Source: Eledone cirrhosa | Lineage: Eukaryota | DNA: 64,000 nucleotides | Direction: 5' to 3' | Assembly: GCA_964016885.1 (NCBI GenBank) | Contig: OZ024745.1 | Location: 3,286,001-3,350,000, forward strand | Shown: one piece after another, positions 55,501 through 64,000 of the stretch | Numbering within the stretch: position 1 is the stretch's first letter | How the letters are laid out: each line of letters starts with the position of its first letter | Position numbers and translations under genes: made by a program | Notes under the pieces: generated by a model | Database searches by the model: none | Told to the model about the DNA's origin: nothing | The model's input: only the letters and a program-made list of their open reading frames with translations

Positions 55501-57056
55501 CTTCTCCCACCTGTCCTTTAGTGTACCATCTCCCACCTGTCCTTTAGTCCACCTTCTCCCACCTGTCCTTTAGTCCACCTTCTCCCACCTGTCCTTTAGT
55601 CCACCTTCTCCCACCTGTCCTTTAGTCTACCATCTCCCACCTGTCCTTTAGTCCACCTTCTCCCACCTGTCCTTTAGTCCACCTTCTCCCACCTGTCCTT
55701 TAGTCCACCATCTCCCACCTGTCCTTTCTCCACCTTCTCCCACCTGTCCTTTAGTCTACCATCTCCCACCTGTCCTTTAGTCCACCTTCTCCCACCTGTC
55801 CTTTAGTCCACCTTCTCCCACCTGTCCTTTAGTCCACCTTCTCCCACCTGTCCTTTAGTCTACCATCTCCCACCTGTCCTTTAGTCCACCTTCTCCCACC
55901 TGTCCTTTAGTCCACCTTCTCCCACCTGTCCTTTAGTCCACCTTCTCCCACCTTCTCCTTTACTCCACCTTCTCCCACCTGTCCTTTAGTCTACCATCTG
56001 CCACCTGTCCTTTAGTCCACCTTCTCCCACCTGTCCTTTACTCCACCTTCTCCCACCTGTCCTTTAGTCTACCATCTCCCACCTGTCCTTTAGTCCACCT
56101 TCTCCCACCTGTCCTTTAGTCCACCTTCTCCCACCTGTCCTTTAGTCCACCATCTCCCACCTGTCCTTTCTCCACCTTCTCCCACCTGTCCTTTAGTCTA
56201 CCATCTCCCACCTGTCCTTTAGTCCACCTTCTCCCACCTGTCCTTTAGTCCACCTTCTCCCACCTGTCCTTTAGTCCACCTTCTCCCACCTGTCCTTTAT
56301 TCTACCATCTCCCATCTGTCCTTTAGTCCACCTTCTCCCACCTGTCCTTTAGTCTACCATCTCCCACCTGTCCTTTAGTCCACCTTCTCCCACCTGTCCT
56401 TTAGTCCACCTTTTCCCACCTGTCCTTTAGTCCACCTTCTCCCACCTGTCCTTTAGTCTACCATCTCCCACCTGTCCTTTAGTCCACCTTCTCCCACCTG
56501 TCCTTTAGTCCACCTTCTCCCACCTGTCCTTTAGTCCACCTTCTCCCACCTGTCCTTTAGTCTACCATCTCCCACCTGTCCTTTAGTCCACCTTCTCCCA
56601 CCTGTCCTTTAGTCCACCATCTCCCACTTGTCCTTTAGTCCACCTTCTCCCACCTGTCCTTTAGTCTACCATCTCCCACCTGTCCTTTAGTCCACCTTCT
56701 CCCACCTGTCCTTTAGTCCACCTTCTCCCACCTGTCCTTTAGTCCACCTTCTCCCACCTGTCCTTTAGTCCACCATCTCCCACCTGTCCTTTAGTCCACC
56801 TTCTCCCACCTGTCCTTTAGTCCACCATCTCCCACCTGTCCTTTAGTCCACCTTCTCCCACCTGTCCTTTAGTCTACTATCTCCCACCTGTCCTTTAGTC
56901 CACCTTCTCCCACCTGTCCTTTAGTCCACCATCTCCCACCTGTCCTTTAGTCCACCTTCTCCCACCTGTCCTTTAGTCCACCTTCTCCCACCTGTCCTTT
57001 AGTCCACCTTCTCCCACCTGTCCTTTAGTCCACCTTCTCCCACCTGTCCTTTAGTC
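52541..57056. repeat. Near-tandem duplication with 2365-bp offset (91 monomers, -1 bp)
   Basis: CCCGCC 52858/55223, AGTGTACC 53158/55523, CCACCTTCTCCTTTAC 53581/55946 and CTACTATC 54513/56878 are all offset by 2365. Confidence 0.9.
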
Positions 57057-59990
57057 CACCTTCTCCCACCTGTCCTTTAGTCCACCATCTCCCACCTGTC
57101 CTTTAGTCCACCTTCTCCCACCTGTCCTTTAGTCTACCATCTCCCACCTGTCCTTTACTCCACCATCTCCCACCTGTCCTTTAGTCCACCTTCTCCCACC
57201 TGTCCTTTAGTCCACCATCTCCCACCTGTCCTTTAGTCCACCTTCTCCCACCTGTCCTTTAGTCCACCTTCTCCCACCTGTCCTTTAGTCCACCTTCTCC
57301 CACCTGTCCTTTAGTCCACCTTCTCCCACCTGTCCTTTAGTCCACCTTCTCCCACCTGTCCTTTACTCCACCATCTCCCACCTGTCCTTTAGTCCATCTT
57401 CTCCCACCTGTCCTTTAGTCTACCATCTCCCACCTGTCCTTTAGTCCACCTTCTCCCACCTGCCCTTTACTCCACCTTCTCCCACCTGTCCTTTAGTCCA
57501 TCTCCCACCTGTCCTTTAGTCCATCTCCCACCTGTCCTTTAGTCTACCATCTCCCACCTGTCCTTTAGTCCACCTTCTCCCACCTGTCCTTTAGTCTACC
57601 ATCTCCCACCTGCCCTTTAGTCCACCTTCTCCCACCTGTCCTTTAGTCTACCATCTCCCACCTGTCCTTTAGTCCACCTTCTCCCACCTGTCCTTTAGTC
57701 CACCTTCTCCCACCTATCCTTTAGTCCACCTTCTCCCACCTGTCCTTTAGTCTACCATCTCCCACCTGTCCTTTAGTCCACCTTCTCCCACCTGTCCTTT
57801 AGTCCACCTTCTCCCACCTGTCCTTTAGTCCACCTTCTCCCACCTGTCCTTTACTCCACCTTCTCCCACCTGTCCTTTAGTCTACCATCTGCCACCTGTC
57901 CTTTAGTCCACCTTCTCCCACCTGTCCTTTACTCCACCTTCTCCCACCTGTCCTTTAGTCTACCATCTCCCACCTGTCCTTTAGTCCACCTTCTCCCACC
58001 TGTCCTTTAGTCCACATTCTCCCACCTGTCCTTTAGTCCACCATCTCCCACCTGTCCTTTCTCCACCTTCTCCCACCTGTCCTTTAGTCTACCATCTCCC
58101 ACCTGTCCTTTAGTCCACCTTCTCCCACCTGTCCTTTAGTCCACCTTCTCCCACCTGTCCTTTAGTCCACCTTCTCCCACCTGTCCTTTATTCTACCATC
58201 TCCCATCTGTCCTTTAGTCCACCTTCTCCCACCTGTCCTTTAGTCTACCATCTCCCACCTGTCCTTTAGTCCACCTTCTCCCACCTGTCCTTTAGTCCAC
58301 CTTCTCCCACCTGTCCTTTAGTCCACCTTCTCCCACCTGTCCTTTAGTCTACCATCTCCCACCTGTCCTTTAGTCCACCTTCTCCCACCTGTCCTTTAGT
58401 CCACCTTCTCCCACCTGTCCTTTAGTCCACCTTCTCCCACCTGTCCTTTAGTCTACCATCTCCCACCTGTCCTTTAGTCCACCTTCTCCCACCTGTCCTT
58501 TAGTCCACCATCTCCCACTTGTCCTTTAGTCCACCTTCTCCCACCTGTCCTTTAGTCTACCATCTCCCACCTGTCCTTTAGTCCACCTTCTCCCACCTGT
58601 CCTTTAGTCCACCTTCTCCCACCTGTCCTTTAGTCCACCTTCTCCCACCTGTCCTTTAGTCCACCATCTCCCACTTGTCCTTTAGTCCACCTTCTCCCAC
58701 CTGTCCTTTAGTCTACCATCTCCCACCTGTCCTTTAGTCCACCTTCTCCCACCTGTCCTTTAGTCCACCTTCTCCCACCTGTCCTTTAGTCCACCTTCTC
58801 CCACCTGTCCTTTAGTCCACCTTCTCCCACCTGTCCTTTAGTCCACCTTCTCCCACCTGTCCTTTAGTCCACCATCTCCCACTTGTCCTTTAGTCCACCT
58901 TCTCCCACCTGTCCTTTAGTCCACCTTCTCCCACCTGTCCTTTAGTCCACCTTCTCCCACCTGTCCTTTAGTCCACCATCTCCCACCTGTCCTTTAGTCC
59001 ACCTTCTCCCACCTGTCCTTTAGTCCACCATCTCCCACCTGTCCTTTAGTCCACCTTCTCCCACCTGTCCTTTAGTCTACTATCTCCCACCTGTCCTTTA
59101 GTCCACCTTCTCCCACCTGTCCTTTAGTCCACCATCTCCCACCTGTCCTTTAGTCCACCTTCTCCCACCTGTCCTTTAGTCCACCTTCTCCCACCTGTCC
59201 TTTAGTCTACTATCTCCCACCTGTCCTTTAGTCCACCTTCTCCCACCTGTCCTTTAGTCCACCTTCTCCCACCTGTCCTTTAGTCTACTATCTCCCACCT
59301 GTCCTTTAGTCCACCTTCTCCCACCTGTCCTTTAGTCCACCTTCTCCCACCTGTCCTTTAGTCCACCTTCTCCCACCTGTCCTTTAGTCCACCATCTCCC
59401 ACCTGTCCTTTAGTCCACCTTCTCCCACCTGTCCTTTAGTCTACCATCTCCCACCTGTCCTTTACTCCACCATCTCCCACCTGTCCTTTAGTCCACCTTC
59501 TCCCACCTGTCCTTTAGTCCACCATCTCCCACCTGTCCTTTAGTCCACCTTCTCCCACCTGTCCTTTAGTCCACCTTCTCCCACCTGTCCTTTAGTCCAC
59601 CTTCTCCCACCTGTCCTTTAGTCCACCTTCTCCCACCTGTCCTTTAGTCCACCTTCTCCCACCTGTCCTTTACTCCACCATCTCCCACCTGTCCTTTAGT
59701 CCATCTTCTCCCACCTGTCCTTTAGTCTACCATCTCCCACCTGTCCTTTAGTCCACCTTCTCCCACCTGCCCTTTACTCCACCTTCTCCCACCTGTCCTT
59801 TAGTCCATCTCCCACCTGTCCTTTAGTCCATCTCCCACCTGTCCTTTAGTCTACCATCTCCCACCTGTCCTTTAGTCCACCTTCTCCCACCTGTCCTTTA
59901 GTCTACCATCTCCCACCTGCCCTTTAGTCCACCTTCTCCCACCTGTCCTTTAGTCTACCATCTCCCACCTGTCCTTTAGTCCACCTTCTC
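55980..59990. repeat. Further imperfect duplication (offset 1891 growing to 2307 bp via internal expansions)
   Basis: TTTATTCTACC 56300/58191 and CCACTTG 56628/58519 are offset by 1891. CCATCTTC 57397/59704 and the paired 23-bp monomers at ~57500/59805 are offset by 2307. Confidence 0.8.
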
Positions 59991-62900
59991 CCACCTGCCC
60001 TTTAGTCCACCTTCTCCCACCTGTCCTTTAGTACATCTCCCACCTGTCCTTTAGTCTACCATCTCCCACCTGTCCTTTAGTCTACCATCTCCCACCTGTC
60101 CTTTAGTCTACCATCTCCCACCTGCCCTTTAGTCCACCTTCTCCCACCTGTCCTTTAGTACATCTCCCACCTGTCCTTTAGTCTACCATCTCCCACCTGT
60201 CCTTTAGTCCACCTTCTCCCACCTGTCCTTTAGTCTACCATCTCCCACCTGCCCTTTAGTCCACCTTCTCCCACCTGTCCTTTAGTCTACCATCTCCCAC
60301 CTGCCCTTTAGTCCACCTTCTCCCACCTGTCCTTTAGTCTACCATCTCCCACCTGTCCTTTAGTCCACCTTCTCCCACCTGCCCTTTAGTCCACCTTCTC
60401 CCACCTGTTCTTTAGTCCATCTCCCACCTGTCCTTTAGTCTACCATCTCCCACCTGCCCTTTAGTCCACCTTCTCCCACCTGCCCTTTAGTCCACCTTCT
60501 CCCACCTGTCCTTTAGTCCACCTTCTCCCACCTGTCCTTTAGTCTACCATCTCCCACCTGCCCTTTAGTCCACCTTCTCCCACCTGTCCTTTAGTCTACC
60601 ATCTCCCACCTGCCCTTTAGTCCACCTTCTCCCACCTGTCCTTTAGTCTACCATCTCCCACCTGCCCTTTAGTCCACCTTCTCCCATCTGTCCTTTAGTC
60701 TACCATCTCCCACCTGCCCTTTAGTCCACCTTCTCCCATCTGTCCTTTAGTCTACCATCTCCCACCTGTCCTTTAGTCCACCTTCTCCCATCTGTCCTTT
60801 AGTCTACCATCTCCCACCTGTCCTTTAGTCCACCTTCTCCCACCTGTCCTTTAGTCTACCATCTCCCACCTGCCCTTTAGTCCACCTTCTCCCACCTGTT
60901 CTTTAGTCCATCTCCCACCTGTCCTTTAGTCTACCATCTCCCACCTGCCCTTTAGTCCACCTTCTCCCACCTGCCCTTTAGTCCACCTTCTCCCACCTGT
61001 CCTTTAGTCCACCTTCTCCCACCTGTCCTTTAGTCTACCATCTCCCACCTGCCCTTTAGTCCACCTTCTCCCACCTGTCCTTTAGTCTACCATCTCCCAC
61101 CTGCCCTTTAGTCCACCTTCTCCCACCTGTCCTTTAGTCTACCATCTCCCACCTGTCCTTTAGTCCACCTTCTCCCACCTGCCCTTTAGTCCACCTTCTC
61201 CCACCTGTTCTTTAGTCCATCTCCCACCTGTCCTTTAGTCTACCATCTCCCACCTGCCCTTTAGTCCACCTTCTCCCACCTGCCCTTTAGTCCACCTTCT
61301 CCCACCTGTCCTTTAGTCCACCTTCTCCCACCTGTCCTTTAGTCTACCATCTCCCACCTGCCCTTTAGTCCACCTTCTCCCACCTGTCCTTTAGTCTACC
61401 ATCTCCCACCTGCCCTTTAGTCCACCTTCTCCCATCTGTCCTTTAGTCTACCATCTCCCACCTGTCCTTTAGTCCACCTTCTCACACCTGTCCTTTAGTC
61501 CACCATCTCCCACCTGTCCTTTAGTCCACCTTCTCCCACCTGTCCTTTAGTCTACCATCTCCCACCTGTCCTTTAGTCCACCTTCTCCCACCTGTCCTTT
61601 AGTCCACCTTCTCCCACCTGTTTTTTAGTCCACCTTCTCCCACCTGTCCTTTAGTCCACCTTCTCCCACCTGTTTTTTAGTCCACCTTCTCCCACCTGTC
61701 CTTTAGTCCACCATCTCCCACCTGTCCTTTAGTCCACCTTCTCCTACCTGTCCTTTAGTCCACCTTCTCCCACCTGTCCTTTAGTCCACCTTCTCCTACC
61801 TGTCCTTTAGTCCACCTTCTCCCACCTGTCCTTTAGTCCACCTTCTCCCACCTGTCCTTTAGTCCACCTTCTCCCACCTGTCCTTTAGTCCACCTTCTCC
61901 CACCTGTTTTTTAGTCCACCTTCTCCCACCTGTCCTTTAGTCCACCTTCTCCCACCTGTCCTTTAGTCCACCTTCTCCCACCTGTCCTTTAGTCCACCAT
62001 CTCCCACCTGTCCTTTAGTCCACCTTCTCCCACCTGTCCTTTAGTCCACCTTCTCCCACCTGTCCTTTAGTCCACCATCTCCCACCTGTCCTTTAGTCCA
62101 CCTTCTCCCACCTGTCCTTTAGTCCTCCTTCTCCCACCTGTCCTTTAGTCCACCATCTCCCACCTGTCCTTTAGTCCACCTTCTCCCACCTGTCCTTTAG
62201 TCTACCATCTCCCACCTGTCCTTTAGTCCACCTTCTCCCACCTGTCCTTTAGTCCACCTTCTCCCACCTGTTTTTTAGTCCACCTTCTCCCACCTGTCCT
62301 TTAGTCCACCTTCTCCCACCTGTCCTTTAGTCCACCATCTCCCACCTGTCCTTTAGTCCACCTTCTCCTACCTGTCCTTTAGTCCACCTTCTCCCACCTG
62401 TCCTTTAGTCCACCTTCTCCTACCTGTCCTTTAGTCCACCTTCTCCCACCTGTCCTTTAGTCCACCTTCTCCCACCTGTCCTTTAGTCCACCTTCTCCCA
62501 CCTGTCCTTTAGTCCACCTTCTCCCACCTGTTTTTTAGTCCACCTTCTCCCACCTGTCCTTTAGTCCACCTTCTCCCACCTGTCCTTTAGTCCACCTTCT
62601 CCCACCTGTCCTTTAGTCCACCATCTCCCACCTGTCCTTTAGTCCACCTTCTCCCACCTGTCCTTTAGTCCACCATCTCCCACCTGTCCTTTAGTCCACC
62701 TTCTCCCACCTGTCCTTTAGTCTACCATCTCCCACCTGTCCTTTAGTCCACCTTCTCCCACCTGTCCTTTAGTCCACCTTCTCCCACCTGTTTTTTAGTC
62801 CACCATCTCCCACCTGTCCTTTAGTCCACCTTCTCCCACCTGTCCTTTAGTCCACCATCTCCTACCTGTCCTTTAGTCCACCTTCTCCCACCTGTCCTTT

Positions 62901-64000
62901 AGTCTACCATCTCCCACCTGTCCTTTAGTCCACCATCTCCTACCTGTCCTTTAGTCCACCTTCTCACACCTGTCCTTTAGTCCACCATCTCCCACCTGTC
63001 CTTTAGTCCACCTTCTCCCACCTGTCCTTTAGTCCACCATCTCCCACCTGTCCTTTAGTCCACCTTCTCCCACCTGTCCTTTAGTCTACCATCTCCCACC
63101 TGTCCTTTAGTCCACCTTCTCCCACCTGTCCTTTAGTCCACCTTCTCCCACCTGTTTTTTAGTCCACCATCTCCCACCTGTCCTTTAGTCCACCTTCTCC
63201 CACCTGTCCTTTAGTCCACCATCTCCTACCTGTCCTTTAGTCCACCTTCTCCCACCTGTCCTTTAGTCCACCTTCTCCCACCTGTCCTTTAGTCCACCTT
63301 CTCCCACCTGTCCTTTAGTCCACCTTCTCCCACCTGTTTTTTAGTCCACCATCTCCCACCTGTCCTTTAGTCCACCTTCTCCCACCTGTCCTTTAGTCCA
63401 CCATCTCCTACCTGTCCTTTAGTCCACCTTCTCCCACCTGTCCTTTAGTCCACCTTCTCCCACCTGTCCTTTAGTCCACCTTCTCCCACCTGTCCTTTAG
63501 TCCACCTTCTCCCACCTGTCCTTTAGTCCACCTTCTCCTACCTGTCCTTTAGTCCACCTTCTCCCACCTGTCCTTTAGTCCACCATCTCCCACCTGTCCT
63601 TTAGTCCACCATCTCCCACCTGTCCTTTAGTCCACCATCTCCCACCTGTCCTTTAGTCCACCTTCTCCTACCTGTCCTTTAGTCCACCTTCTCCCACCTG
63701 TCCTTTAGTCCACCATCTCCCACCTGTCCTTTAGTCCACCTTCTCCCACCTGTCCTTTAGTCCACCATCTCCCACCTGTCCTTTAGTCCACCTTCTCCCA
63801 CCTGTCCTTTAGTCCACCTTCTCCTACCTGTCCTTTAGTCCACCTTCTCCCACCTGTCCTTTAGTCCACCTTCTCCTACCTGTCCTTTAGTCCACCTTCT
63901 CCCACCTGTCCTTTAGTCCACCTTCTCCTACCTGTCCTTTAGTCCACCTTCTCCCACCTGTCCTTTAGTCCACCTTCTCCCACCTGTCCTTTAGTCCACC

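Larger units (their letters stand above)
1..64000. repeat. 26-bp tandem satellite/minisatellite array, ~2,460 monomers, consensus CCACCTTCTCCCACCTGTCCTTTAGT; open at both window ends
   Basis: The same 26-mer repeats head-to-tail from base 1 to 64000 with only substitutions and 1-3 bp indels. No inversion or unique insert was seen. Copy number is estimated as 64000/26. Confidence 0.99.

Noticed and set aside
1-64000. CRISPR array
   Set aside because: The repeat length is CRISPR-like, but monomers abut directly with no unique spacers, no palindrome, no leader and no cas genes.
1-64000. Giant repetitive protein-coding ORF on either strand
   Set aside because: The 26-bp period cycles through all frames, and TAG (+) and TAA (-) stop each frame about every 78 nt. 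Scattered 1-bp indels show no frame conservation.
1-64000. Telomeric repeat (TTTAGT resembles TTTAGGG)
   Set aside because: It is only a 5-bp match and lies on the C-rich strand, the wrong polarity. The heterogeneity with kb-scale duplications fits recombinational satellite evolution better than telomerase synthesis. A long-unit telomere-associated repeat cannot be fully excluded without positional data.
1-64000. Variant order as a deliberate information code or diversity-generating cassette system
   Set aside because: The patterns are explained by nested duplication and local homogenisation. No associated enzyme gene, target or boundary element is present in the window.
1-64000. Embedded transposon, RNA gene, inversion or unique island
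   Set aside because: On reading through I found no non-monomer segment and no reverse-complement (GGACTAAAGG) monomers on the + strand.
1-64000. Pure sequencing noise as the source of variants
   Set aside because: Rare variants and indels recur in fixed order at exact offsets, which random error would not produce. Isolated singletons (e.g. ~10206-10218, 54476) may still be errors.

Overview
The whole 64-kb window is one uninterrupted, single-orientation tandem array of a 26-bp monomer. The + strand consensus is CCACCTTCTCCCACCTGTCCTTTAGT (12 C, 9 T, 3 A, 2 G; no CpG), giving about 2,460 copies by length. The array runs off both window edges. I saw no unique sequence, gene, RNA gene, mobile element or CRISPR spacer. 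The monomer has TAG on + and TAA on -, and 26 is not a multiple of 3, so consensus sequence closes every frame about every 78 nt. The readable information lies in the monomer variants. There are three common types (A = CCACCTT, B = CCACCAT, C = CTACCAT) plus rare marker substitutions and indels. These reveal nested tandem duplications with periods of 104, 390, 467, 702, 904, 1067, 2365 and 4056 bp, dispersed homologous blocks up to ~33 kb apart, and local domains dominated by single variants. This fits a eukaryotic satellite/minisatellite evolving by unequal exchange or break-induced replication (inference). I cannot name the organism or family, and I find no support for a novel coding system. 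Block boundaries were read by eye and are approximate to within a few monomers.
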